Origin: Octopus bimaculoides
Taxonomy: Eukaryota
Direction: 5' to 3'
Length of the DNA stretch: 64,000 bases
Assembly: GCF_001194135.2 (NCBI RefSeq)
Contig: NC_068981.1
Coordinates: 198,678,007 to 198,742,006 of the forward strand
This document shows, piece after piece, positions 1-12,536 of the stretch (within the stretch, counting starts at the first letter, position 1; every line of letters starts with the position of its first letter). The position numbers were made by a program, and so were the translations under genes. A model generated the notes under the pieces. The model was not told where the DNA came from. It did no database searches and saw only the letters and a list, made by a program, of their open reading frames with translations.

Positions 1-45
<45 letters not shown>

Positions 46-535
46 CACACACACACATATATACACACATATACATATATATACACAGCACACCTATACA
101 TAAGATGAGGGCACACACAATGTGTATGTATGAGAGAGAGAGAGAGAAAGAAAGAAAGAGAGAGTGAGAGAGAGAAAGAGATAGTATGTGTGTGCGTGTG
201 TGTGTATGAAGACTTGTAGACATAAATGTGGAAACAAAGCAAAGTTGCTAATTTTTTCAATTCAATCTGGAAATATAAAATAGCAATGTTTCAATTTTAA
301 GACCTTGTCATTTCATTCCCTGATTTCTGTGCCATTATCTTGCTTTGTGTAGGAAGATATGTCATATCTTAAAGATGACCTCAATCTTAGTTCCCATCTG
401 TCAGTCTCTTTCTGTCTCCTTCTTTCTGTCTCAGCTAAGAGGTGTGTGCTTGGAACTCCTTCCTTTTTTGTTTAGTCATTTCTTGAGGATATAACTAGCT
501 TTCGTGAATGCTTTTACTGCTATTGAAAGATAAAC

Positions 536-607
536 ATGCAAGGAGCTATTTTGTGGACTGTCTCTCTCTGGCTGGGTTTGGTTGGTGCTATACCAATCGT
601 ATTAAAG
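536..607 (+). CDS. Gene 1 exon 1: signal peptide MQGAILWTVSLWLGLVGAIPIVLK
   Basis: ATG at 536, hydrophobic core, ends AAG|GTAAGT (phase 0). Confidence 0.8.
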
Positions 608-1178
608 GTAAGTCTCTCCAGCCATCTTCAAATATTATAACATGTTTTTAATGTGTAACAGACAGAATGTGTGACTTTTATGTTTCATTCTCAAAAATAT
701 GGAGAAATTGAAAAAAGAAAAATTGCTTTGAAATATTTATTATTATAATAATAATCTCAAATTGGCAATTTCTGTGAAAGGTTTTGTTATTGAATATAGG
801 AATTTTGATTTTTGAATTTTCAATTAAAAAACAAAGTATTTGTTGTAATTAATTAAATTAGCTAAATGCAGCGTTTAATAGATGTTGTGTAAAGCTGAGG
901 ATCTTCAAGATTTTTGGAGAAAATATAGTTGTTTACCATATAAAAAACTATGATTGCCTGAGTGAAACAGGATCTGCTAGAAATAACAGCCGAATATATC
1001 TATAAAAAGCTTTCTACTTTATAAAAAATGGATGGACACATCTGATATTTTAATTCCAAATACAATATAAGAACAAAAGACAGAAAAGTCACAACTTTAA
1101 TCATAGTTCTGCCGCATTTGGTCTGATTTGGTATTAAATTACCATAAATACCACTAAACATGTCATATATAAGCTACA

Positions 1179-1214
<36 letters not shown>

Positions 1215-1600
1215 TNNNNNNNNNNNNNNNNNNNNNNNNNNNNNNNNNNNNNNNNNNNNNNNNNNNNNNNNNNNNNNNNNNNNNNNNNNNNNNNNNNNNN
1301 NNNNNNNNNNNNNNNNNNNNNNNNNNNNNNNNNNNNNNNNNNNNNNNNNNNNNNNNNNNNNNNNNNNNNNNNNNNNNNNNNNNNNNNNNNNNNNNNNNNN
1401 NNNNNNNNNNNNNNNNNNNNNNNNNNNNNNNNNNNNNNNNNNNNNNNNNNNNNNNNNNNNNNNNNNNNNNNNNNNNNNNNNNNNNNNNNNNNNNNNNNNN
1501 NNNNNNNNNNNNNNNNNNNNNNNNNNNNNNNNNNNNNNNNNNNNNNNNNNNNNNNNNNNNNNNNNNNNNNNNNNNNNNNNNNNNNNNNNNNNNNNNNNNN

Positions 1601-1657
<57 letters not shown>

Positions 1658-1868
1658 CTCCTCCTCCTCATCATCATCATCATTTAAATTCCATTCTCTG
1701 TCTATCATACTAAATGTGAGTGCACCATTAGAAGGCATCATGCTGTGGAATTGTCTGAGATAAAACCTCTTCACAGATGTGTTGCTTCCTCCGAAATAAA
1801 TTGTGTTTTACTCTCCTATATTTTAGAGATGAGGAATTCTGTACATTATTTACATTGAACGGATGTGT

Positions 1869-1995
1869 GTCCTCATCTTGTTTGTTGTTACCACAAAGTT
1901 TCGGCTGATTTACTCTCCAGCCTTCATCAGGTGTCCCGGTGGAAGTTTGAACTCAACCCTGGGTTCTCATTCTTAAAGTATTATTTTTTTGCTGA

Positions 1996-2065
<70 letters not shown>

Positions 2066-2239
2066 CATCATTATTATTATTATCATTATCATTATCTATT
2101 CCTTGAATAAATGATAATAATAATAACAATAATAATAATAATATTATTATTTTCGGTTCAAAATTCTACCAGGACACCTGATAAAGGCTGGAGAGTAAAT
2201 CAGTCGAAACGTTGTGGTAACAACAAACAAGATGAAGAC
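1869..2239. mobile_element. Inverted pair of 82-bp Penelope-type terminal repeats, each carrying a hammerhead-like motif
   Basis: 1869-1950 and 2158-2239 are reverse complements (75/82 identical); consensus CTGATGA-A-GGCTG-loop-CAGCC-GAAACGTT. Confidence 0.6.
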
Positions 2240-5200
2240 GTGTGTAAATAATGTAAACTGTGTTTTAAGACAAATTTATGAAGAGATTTTCTCTGACAAT
2301 TCCACAGCATCATGCCTTTTAATGGTGTGTATACATTCAGTATGATACACAGATGTGTATTTTGATTCAATGTTGCTTTGATTGTGTGTACTATGTTACA
2401 CACACACACACACACACACACAGAGTAGATACATATGCATGTGTTTGTATGTATATTACATGCGTTCACCTGCACTGTAAATAAACCTGCAGAAAACCTT
2501 CACTTTATGATATAATAAGCATGACATCCAGCTGTAGAAACGATGCCGAAACAGACACTGGAACCTGGTGCGGCTGCCAGCCATGCCAACTCCAGTCAAA
2601 CCATCCTTGCCAGCATGGAAAAGGGATGTTAAATGAGGAGGAGGAGGACGACAATGACGATGATGATCACAATGACGAAAACGACGATGATGATGACGAC
2701 AATGACGTCAATGATGATGGTGATGATGACAATAATGATTTGATATTTGGTGTTTTCTACATTGTGTTATACCATTTATTGTATTCTAAATATGTGATAT
2801 ACTATATTCCGTACGTTATACTATACACCATAGACAGTGCGTACGGGATTTGCTGTATATCAAAGACATGTATTATACACACAGGTCCCACTGCATATCA
2901 TCATCCATCATTGTTGTTTAACGTCTGCTTTCCATGCTGGCATGGGTTGGACGATTTGACTGAGGACTGGCGAAGCGGATGGCTACGCCAGGCTCCAATC
3001 TGATTTGGCAGAGTTTCTACAGATGAATGCCCTTCCGCCAAGTGTGTAGTGGGTGCTTTTATGTGCCACCGGCACGAGGGCCAGTTGGGTGGTACTGGCA
3101 ACGGCCACACTCAAAATGGTGTTTTTTACGTGCCACCTACACAGGAGCCAGTCCAGCGGCACTGGCAATGACCTCACTTGAATGGAAGCCAGACAGCTGC
3201 TCTGGCAATGATCATGCTTGGATGGTGCTCTTAGTGCTCCACTGGCACAGATGCCAGTCATCGAATTTGGTAAAATCACGATTTCGATTTCACTTGCCCC
3301 AACAGGTCTTCGCATATAATATATAAGTTATACCATATTGTATGTACAATTTATACTGTATATTTTCCATCATCATCATCATCATCATCATCAACAACAA
3401 CAACAACAACATTTAATGATCAGTTTCCATACTGGCATGAGATGGATGGCTGAGAGTAACAGACAAGACCAGGGCTGCACTAAGTTCTTTTGTTTGTTCT
3501 GGCCAGGTTTCTATGGCTGGACGCCCTTTCAAACACTAACCACTCTACAGAATGTATCGGGTACTTTTTTTACCTGGCACCAGCACCAGTGTTTTATTAT
3601 GTGGCATTGGTGCCATTGCTTTCCACATGGCACCGGCACCACTCTCTTTTATGCGGCACTGGCACCAGTGTTATTTATGTGACACTAACACTTGGGTTTT
3701 TACGTAGCACCTGCACTTACCGGGTCATGTGTGTGTGTGTGTGTGTTGTGGATGTCCCCAGAATTTAGATACTTTGAGAATGAGAAGCAATTCGTTTTTG
3801 GAACGGTGAACCTTAAAGCATGTAAAGCTATAAAGAATATCTTATGAATATTGAGTAAGAAAACTATTTGGATAGAAAAAGTCAAAGGCTGCCAGTGAGG
3901 TTTGAACCCACAGCTCCTGTAAATATCACACACACACACATACACTTATATATATATGGTTTGTATTTGTATGTGAGTGTATGCAAGTGTATATGTGGGA
4001 CTTGTGAATGAATTATATGTATGTAGCTGTGTGTGTGTGTATGTGTGCGTGTGTGTGTGTGTGCGTGTGTGTGTGTATGTGTGCGTGTGTGTGTGTGTGC
4101 GTGTGTGTGTATTTCCACAAACAGGTTTATTGGGAGCAGGTCTGAGCTAAAATAAACAGAGAAATGGTGAGAAATTTTTGATGCAAATTGAATCCATGTT
4201 GTTTGGTGACAGAGTTACAATCACACCGATTCTTTGTCGTCATTGTTGCAGTCATCACCACAAACACATCCGCTCCAACCACCACTTCCACAAACCGTCA
4301 TCATCATCACCACCTCCTCCCTCCATTACTGCTGCTGACCACGGGCATCATGACGACGACGACGACCACCACCACCACCACCACCGTTGCCATGGTTGCC
4401 CTCCGTAATCAATTGTATTCTGTAGTTTTAGCTTCATTCCACACTAAACATCAAATCCTTTTTGGACTTTACTCAAAAGCTTTAACTCAAACACAACAAC
4501 AACAATCGTTTTTAAAGCTAAACATTTAGAAATTAATATACAAAAATATTGCTTACCTAGTCTAATTCATTATATTTGTGTAGTAAAAAAAAAATGGTAA
4601 TTACCTTGTTTAGCATATTTTTATTGAAATACACTGTTTTTGTGCTTCTTAGTTTCGGAAATAAGGAAAAAATTAATAGAATAACTTTGGCCTAATTAAG
4701 CTTGTGTTTGGTCGAATTTGAATTTGGTTTTAAAACAAAAGAAGTTTGAATCTCAGAACAAAGAGACAGTCTGACTGTTGCTGGTGTCATAAAAAAGAGT
4801 TAAATAATATTTTTAAGAAACTCTTTGTACATCAAGATACCCTTCATATGGCAGCAGCAGCAGCAGTATAATTACTGCATTCGTACTCCTCCCATAACTG
4901 TACCATTTCTGCTCTTCAGCACCTGACTCTTTTTATATGCAGTTCTCTCAGTTCAGTTGTGCTCTATCATTAACATTACACAACCAATGAGGTATCCACT
5001 GCCATATTATATATATGAACTGGTACCCTGAGTAAATTACGCCCGGGGTAGCTGTATACAGTGGTTCAGTCTGACAGAAATCATAACCAAATTATCTTAA
5101 GACCCCCAACAATTAAATGCACAAAACTATTATGTCAAAGGATCTTAAGACCCTTTGTTCAGCAGAAACAGGTAACGGAAATGTAATATGAAGAAAATTT

Positions 5201-5560
5201 ATTTTTAATTTACAAATTTTAAAGATGTGTAACTCTCCATTCTTCATTGTTCTGTGTTGGTGCCATCGTTTGTATTCTAGAGGAAATCCCTTAAAGCAAA
5301 CTCAGGATTTACCATTCAAAGGGAGCACAGTTTAATTGTTTATTCAAATCAGTTCTAAATGTTTTCTGACATTCAGTGTGGTTAGCCACGTTTGGATTTT
5401 ATCAGAGTGCTTGCAACGTATCTACATGGATTTAAAATCCCTATTCCTTTGTGTTACAAATGTGTGTGTGTGTGTGCGTGCGTGTGTGTGTGTGTGTGCG
5501 TGTGTGTAAGTTGTCTGAGAGTCCATAAGAACAGTTGCCATATTTCATTTCATAATGATT

Positions 5561-5637
5561 GCCTCTGATGAGCACAAGGTTACATAATGGGACTGTTACC
5601 CCCATTGACTCCCTAGTGCAAAACCAATTAGTAAGAT
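5561..5637 (+). ncRNA. Decayed type I hammerhead motif
   Basis: CTGATGA (5565-5571), helix II GCACaAGG/CCTaGTGC, AAAA in place of GAAA, near-palindromic ACCAATTAGT, GTA triplet. Confidence 0.55.
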
Positions 5638-5692
5638 CGGCTGTGATGGATATATAATACTGTACCATTTGCATAATATATACATATACATA

Positions 5693-6802
5693 CAGGGGTT
5701 GGACAAAATAATGGAAACATCTTAAAATTGCAAACAAATTTATTTTAATATGGGTTAGGACTGTCTTTGGCAGTAATTTCGACTTAACTTCTACAAGGTA
5801 TGGACTCATACAAAGTTTGAATTGTTTCCAAAGGAATTTTTGTCCATTCTTCAGCTAAAACAGTCTCCAGTTCTTGTAGTGATGATGGTGGAGGATATCG
5901 ACTCCTTACTTGTTTTTCTACAATGCACCATAAATGTTCAATAATATTGAGATCTGGGGACTGTAGTGGCCAGATAAGATGTTCAACTTCACTAGAATGT
6001 TCCTCGTGCCATTCAGTAACAACTTTAGCTGTGTGGATTGGTGCATTATCATCCTGAGAGATTGCGTTTCTCTCGGGAAACAGTTCTGCAACCATAGGAT
6101 GAATTTCATCAGATAAAATGCTTAAATAGTCTTGACTATTAATTCTGCCATGAAGGGAAAACATCAAGCAGGCGGATTTCCAAGATATAGCCCCCACCAC
6201 CTCAGATCCTCACAGATCCCCCTCCATGTTTAACAGTTGGAAGAATGCTTCTTTTGGCTGTCTCCACACATATACTCGGCCGGTGGTCGGAAAATAAGGT
6301 AAAGAATGACTCATCCAAGAAAATAACATTCTTCCATTGCTCTAGGGACCAATTCTGTAGGTTTTTACTCCACTCTAGATGCTTTGCAACGTTTGTTTTT
6401 GAAAGTAGAGATTTTCTGATTGCAGCCCTCCCATGAAATCCAGCTTTGTGCATCTGCCAGAGAACAGTTTTTGTGGAAACTGGGTTCTCAAGGTGGACTA
6501 ACAATTTGTGTAAGAGTCCAACGGTCCCTACCTGAAAGTTTTGGTTTTCTTCCAGAGCTTTATTTCGATGAGAAAGTTTTTCCCTCTTTCTCAAAGGCTG
6601 TCATTATTTTCAAGACAGTACTTCTTGATACATCAAACATTTCAGCTGCTTTTGTTATGCTAGCACCTGCCATATGAGCACCAACAATTTAACCTCTTTG
6701 AAAGTCCGAAAGATCTGTCATTTTAATGGATTTTAATTACCTTTTACTGATGATATCTGAAAAGAAACAACAATTTTAGCAAAGCATATTAAGCAACAAT
6801 AA
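5693..6802 (-). mobile_element. Tc1-like DNA transposon with disrupted DD34E transposase
   Basis: TA|CAGGGGTTGGAC terminus at 5693; transposase pieces from ATG 6721 include HTH, DES, QDDNAPIH and SPDLNIIEHLW with stops and frameshifts; the other end runs into a gap. Confidence 0.9.
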
Positions 6803-8631
6803 NNNNNNNNNNNNNNNNNNNNNNNNNNNNNNNNNNNNNNNNNNNNNNNNNNNNNNNNNNNNNNNNNNNNNNNNNNNNNNNNNNNNNNNNNNNNNNNNNN
6901 NNNNNNNNNNNNNNNNNNNNNNNNNNNNNNNNNNNNNNNNNNNNNNNNNNNNNNNNNNNNNNNNNNNNNNNNNNNNNNNNNNNNNNNNNCATATATATAT
7001 ATATATTTCGTGCGGGTGACACGTAAAAGCACCCACTACACTCTCTGAGTGGTTGGCGTTAGGAAGGGCATCCAGCTGTAGAAACTCTGCCAAATTAGAC
7101 TGGAGCCTGGTGTTGCCATCCGGTTTCACCAGTCCTCAGTCAAATCGTCCAACCCATGCTAGCATGGAAAGCGGACGTTAAACGATGATGATGATGATGA
7201 TGATATATATATATATATGTGTGTGTGTATATATATATATATATGTATGTACAAATGTATGTATGTAGTGATGTCTATAAGCTACCTTTATTATATATGT
7301 CTTTTATCTTATATCTTTTACTCCTTTCACTTATTAGATTGTGGCCATGCTGGGGCACTACCTTGAACAATTTCTTAGTCTAATGAATTAACCGTTGGTA
7401 TTTATTTTTGTAAACCTGATAATTTTTCTGTTGGTCTCTTTGTACTGGGAGCGATGGAATCAAGATTTCCCTCTCCACCAAATTTCAGGCCTTGTGCCTT
7501 TAGTAGAGAGGATTAATTATAAGACAAAAGAAAAAAACTGGTTTTTCAAAGAAGTAACACATGTTGAAGTAATGCCTTCATTTGTTTGCAGTGATCATCA
7601 TCATCACTACTACCACCACCACTACCACCACCACCACCACCACCACCACTACCACCACCACCACCATCATCATTGAACGTCCATCGTCCATGCTGGCATG
7701 GGTTGGATGGTTTGACTGAGGGCTGGCAAGCTAGAAAGCAGCACCAGACTTCATTCTGATTTGGCATTGTTTTCTACAGCTGGATGCCCTTCCTAATGCC
7801 CTCCACTTCGAGAATGTAATGAATGCTTTTACATGCCACTGGCATGGGTGTCATTTGTGTGACACCAGTTTCTACCACGACTGTGATTTTGCTTGATTCG
7901 ATGGGTCTTCTTCTCAAGCACGACATTATGCCAAAGGTCTCAGTCATTGCCTCTGAGAGGCCCAACATTCGAAAGGAGCTTTTCACTTGCCGCTGGCATG
8001 GGTGGAAACCAAAATAGATGCAAGATAGAAATATTTTTGTTTAGTATTTTTACATTATGTAAAACTATATTTTTATATCCCGAATTAAAATCATCCTGAA
8101 TATAGGATTGTTGGGATGAGGGTTCACCCACACCCCTCACCATCATTGCTTGTCACCTCTTTTCAGCTCCACCCCAGGTACTTCTACCCACTCTTCTATG
8201 ACGTGAGCAGCTCCTCAATAGCAAGAAACCTGTTCTAACCCCTTCTCTCACACTTTAAACCTTCTTCTCCTCACATAAAGCCATCCCTCTCCCTATTGTA
8301 ACCTCAGGCAGTTGAGGAGGATCCTTAGTCTTGCAAATCGTCTGCTGACCCCACAAGGGCTGGTGCCACCTGGAAAAAAGCTCCTGGTCCACACTATAAT
8401 GGGGTTTTATAAAGGATGGCATCCAGCCAAAGCAGACAATGGGGCACAGTGCCGTCCTCCTGTCAAACTGCTCAACCCATGCCAGTACGGAACGGGGACG
8501 TTAAATGATTATGATGATGATGACGGAGATGATGGTGGTGGCGGCGGCGGTGGTGGTGATGATGATGATGATGTTGAATTAATATTTAGAATATATTTTA
8601 ACATTCTCTTTTATTCTTTTGTCTTTTTCAG

Positions 8632-8647
8632 TTGAAATCGGCTCACG
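8632..8647 (+). CDS. Gene 1 exon 2: 16-nt microexon (LKSAH + 1 nt)
   Basis: Long pyrimidine tract ending TTTTTCAG|, donor |GTGAGT; supplies the phase 0-to-1 shift needed between exons 1 and 3. Confidence 0.6.
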
Positions 8648-8879
8648 GTGAGTTGGCTTATTTTGCTTTTCTCTGTAGACTAAAAGAGTTTTTTTTTGTT
8701 TTGTCGACAATGGACCAATTTCTGACAGCAATGAATATAATCAATACAACTTATTGGTTTCATTGAATTATTGGTTTTATTGATTGGTAGAATAAGGAAT
8801 GGTGTTAAAGAGGAAAATGATACAGTTTGTTTTGTTCTTTGTTTTTGTTTTGACTTCGTGTAAGGTAAGGAGTGGTGGC

Positions 8880-9195
8880 CAGACCTTCCAAGACCAGAGA
8901 CACTGATGCTGACATGTTACACCTTACCAGTTGATGGTTTCAGGAGAAACTATATTGGTAGGAGGAGAATTCCAGGGGGATAATGGTTTTGGGAGGAAGG
9001 ACTTCTTACAGGGATTAGTGCAGGAAATCAGGAGTGATGGGCATCATAATACAGAGGATGAAGGAAGGAGAAAGGAGGAAGTCTGGAGTGTCTTTTCGGG
9101 GGTGGGTAGAGAAATGAAGTAGATGTGAGGTGCAGAGTCCATGATCATAGTGAGTGGGGGGGAGGCCTGGCCTGTCTCTGTGGATTTTAAACTGT
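8880..9195 (-). pseudogene. Possible degraded Penelope-like ORF fragment (region between RT and GIY-YIG)
   Basis: Frame-broken translation PPFSFLHPLYYD..., LPPKTII..., NHQLVR resembles my recollection of PLE post-RT sequence; lies next to the hammerhead at 9235. By-eye resemblance only. Confidence 0.35.
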
Positions 9196-9234
9196 GTTCA
9201 GTCATTTCAAATGTCCTTTCTTTTGAAGTTCATG

Positions 9235-9324
9235 AATTCATCTGACGAGAACGGTTTCTTTACAATGATGTAATGTTTTCATTAAATCAATTGAAGGAGT
9301 CGCTTGAAACGGCCGTAATGGATT
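9235..9324 (+). ncRNA. Type I hammerhead ribozyme (Penelope-type), catalytic core intact
   Basis: Helix I AATTCAT/ATGGATT; core CTGACGA (9242-9248); 14-bp helix II; GAAA (9306-9309); palindromic ACGGCCGT; GTA cleavage triplet (predicted cut after 9317). Confidence 0.75.
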
Positions 9325-9711
9325 GACACCTGCACCTCTTCTGTTACTCATTCATATTTTACTCACTTGTCTCGGAATCTGTCCATCATAAACCTGCCAC
9401 TGTATATTTAATATAAGGTACATGTCTGTACATGTGGATTTCTTTACTCAGCTGGGTCTAATTGCTTACATTCACTGCAAAAATTTCATTCGGCCGATAC
9501 TTATGTACCAAGTTTGATATTTACATAATATTGTTGTGTGTATGTTATTCCAACTTAACAAGGGACCTAGGCTTAAGTACTTAATTTAACTGAATCTTGC
9601 TTATTTTACATCATATGTAAACAAACATAAGTTTGTCTTTGAAATGTTTTGTAGAACAAATAGAAAGATGCTGGTTGCCAACAAATTTTTCTGCTCGTAA
9701 AAGGATTTTAT

Positions 9712-9744
<33 letters not shown>

Positions 9745-10487
9745 NNNNNNNNNNNNNNNNNNNNNNNNNNNNNNNNNNNNNNNNNNNNNNNNNNNNNNNN
9801 NNNNNNNNNNNNNNNNNNNNNNNNNNNNNNNNNNNNNNNNNNNNNNNNNNNNNNNNNNNNNNNNNNNNNNNNNNNNNNNNNNNNNNNNNNNNNNNNNNNN
9901 NNNNNNNNNNNNNNNNNNNNNNNNNNNNNNNNNNNNNNNNNNNNNNNNNNNNNNNNNNNNNNNNNNNNNNNNNNNNNNNNNNNNNNNNNNNNNNNNNNNN
10001 NNNNNNNNNNNNNNNNNNNNNNNNNNNNNNNNNNNNNNNNNNNNNNNNNNNNNNNNNNNNNNNNNNNNNNNNNNNNNNNNNNNNNNNNNNNNNNNNNNNN
10101 NNNNNNNNNNNNNNNNNNNNNNNNNNNNNNNNNNNNNNNNNNNNNNNNNNNNNNNNNNNNNNNNNNNNNNNNNNNNNNNNNNNNNNNNNNNNNNNNNNNN
10201 NNNNNNNNNNNNNNNNNNNNNNNNNNNNNNNNNNNNNNNNNNNNNNNNNNNNNNNNNNNNNNNNNNNNNNNNNNNNNNNNNNNNNNNNNNNNNNNNNNNN
10301 NNNNNNNNNNNNNNNNNNNNNNNNNNNNNNNNNNNNNNNNNNNNNNNNNNNNNNNNNNNNNNNNNNNNNNNNNNNNNNNNNNNNNNNNNNNNNNNNNNNN
10401 NNNNNNNNNNNNNNNNNNNNNNNNNNNNNNNNNNNNNNNNNNNNNNNNNNNNNNNNNNNNNNNNNNNNNNNNNNNNNNNNNNNNNNN

Positions 10488-10825
10488 TGTATTGTATTAT
10501 ACTTTGTTCCTATTATTGGTTTATGGGTAACATGTTGTCACATGCTGTGGTTTGTTAGTGGCGTATGTTAGTGTTCCATTCTAGTTTCCTATTCAGGCTA
10601 GGTTTCCCTTCTATTATGTGTGTAGCTTCAGTAATTTGTCTAAGTAATTTGTCTAATTTGTCTAAGCACTTAGACAAATTACTGAAGCTACACACATAAT
10701 AGAAGGGAAACCTAGCCTGAATAGGAAACTAGAATGGAACACTAACATACGCCACTAACAAACCACAGCGTGTGACAACATGTTACCCATAAACCAATAA
10801 TAGGAACAAAGTATAATACAATACA
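10488..10825. mobile_element. Fold-back palindrome (158-bp arms) of a probable Penelope-like element 3' end
   Basis: 10488-10645 vs 10668-10825 has 1 mismatch; right arm translates LRQITEATHIIEGKPSLNRKLEWNTNIRH*, resembling the GIY-YIG C-terminal R.I.EA..I....P.LN pattern. Confidence 0.55.
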
Positions 10826-12413
10826 TAGATAAACAAATGGAATTAAATACTACATACGTTAACAAAATTTAATTAAACACATTAAAAAAAAAANNNNNNN
10901 NNNNNNNNNNNNNNNNNNNNNNNNNNNNNNNNNNNNNNNNNNNNNNNNNNNNNNNNNNNNNNNNNNNNNNNNNNNNNNNNNNNNNNNNNNNNNNNNNNNN
11001 NNNNNNNNNNNNNNNNNNNNNNNNNNNNNNNNNNNNNNNNNNNNNNNNNNNNNNNNNNNNNNNNNNNNNNNNNNNNNNNNNNNNNNNNNNNNNNNNNNNN
11101 NNNNNNNNNNNNNNNNNNNNNNNNNNNNNNNNNNNNNNNNNNNNNNNNNNNNNNNNNNNNNNNNNNNNNNNNNNNNNNNNNNNNNNNNNNNNNNNNNNNN
11201 NNNNNNNNNNNNNNNNNNNNNNNNNNNNNNNNNNNNNNNNNNNNNNNNNNNNNNNNNNNNNNNNNNNNNNNNNNNNNNNNNNNNNNNNNNNNNNNNNNNN
11301 NNNNNNNNNNNNNNNNNNNNNNNNNNNNNNNNNNNNNNNNNNNNNNNNNNNNNNNNNNNNNNNNNNNNNNNNNNNNNNNNNNNNNNNNNNNNNNNNNNNN
11401 NNNNNNNNNNNNNNNNNNNNNNNNNNNNNNNNNNNNNNNNNNNNNNNNNNNNNNNNNNNNNNNNNNNNNNNNNNNNNNNNNNNNNNNNNNNNNNNNNNNN
11501 NNNNNNNNNNNNNNNNNNNNNNNNNNNNCTGTAGGATTTTCGAGCGAGATCGTTGCCAGTGCCCCTGGACTGGCTTGTGCGGGTGGCACATAAAAGACAC
11601 CATTTCGAGCGTGGCCGTTTTCGTGCGGGTGACACGTAAAAGCACCCACTACACTCTCTGAGTGGTTGGTGTTAGGAAGGGCATCCAGCTGTAGAAACTC
11701 TGCCAAATTAGACTGGAGCCTGGTGTTGCCATCCGGTTTCACCAGTCCTCAGTCAAATCGTCCAACCCATGCTAGCATGGAAAGCGGACGTTAAACGATG
11801 ATGATGATGATGATGATAGGCTTCTTTCAGTTTCCATCTACCAAATTCACTCAGCTGACCTTGGTTGGCCTCAGGCTATAGTAGAAGACACTTGCCCAAG
11901 GTGCCACACAGTGGCACTGAACCCTAGAACCAAACCATGTGTTTGTGAATCAAACTTCTTACCACCCAGCCACCTCTGTGCTTATGTAAATGTTTTGTGA
12001 ATGGCTAAACAGGAGATGAAGTAAGCAAATGACACAATCCTTCCAAACTCAAAACGGAAATCTGGAATTTCTTCCACCTGCCGCAGCTAACCCACAGGTG
12101 TTGCTCAAACGAAATCTCAATAGCATCAATCTCATAAATATGAGGGATGGGGGACCTGCAAACATCACGGGTATCGCCCTTTCTTTTCTAATTATTCAAG
12201 AAGAAACACTTTGGTAAATAACAAAATTTGTTCACTCATCAAACCCACTTATATGTATTCATAAAAATATGAATTTAATAATGGAAAATAAAATTTATAT
12301 TTAATTTTAATTCCAATTTACAAATGAAATATCATTAAAATACTCTCTTTTTAAATACTCTCATTTTTAATAGAATGTTGTTGAAATGAGATTGAAATAT
12401 TTTTTATTTCCAG

Positions 12414-12446
12414 ATTTCGACCCAAGATATCCTGAAGAAGTTCCTG
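12414..12446 (+). CDS. Gene 1 exon 3: prodomain (D)FDPRYPEEVP
   Basis: TTTATTTCCAG| acceptor, |GTAAGT donor, 33 nt, phase 1-1. Confidence 0.75.
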
Positions 12447-12492
12447 GTAAGTTACATATTATTATTATTATTATTATTATTACTATTATTAC

Positions 12493-12530
<38 letters not shown>

Positions 12531-12536
<6 letters not shown>

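Noticed and set aside
1134-1774. Long ORFs made of X runs and YI/CV/HT/poly-amino-acid repeats (here and at 9633, 10859, 15493, 15861, 35649, 45427, 51560, 53606 etc.)
   Set aside because: These are read-through of N gaps and microsatellites, not genes.
8190-8240. TGAGCAGCT...AGCAAGAAACC, a possible hammerhead relic
   Set aside because: The core is not CTGANGA and helix II is broken; too degenerate to support.
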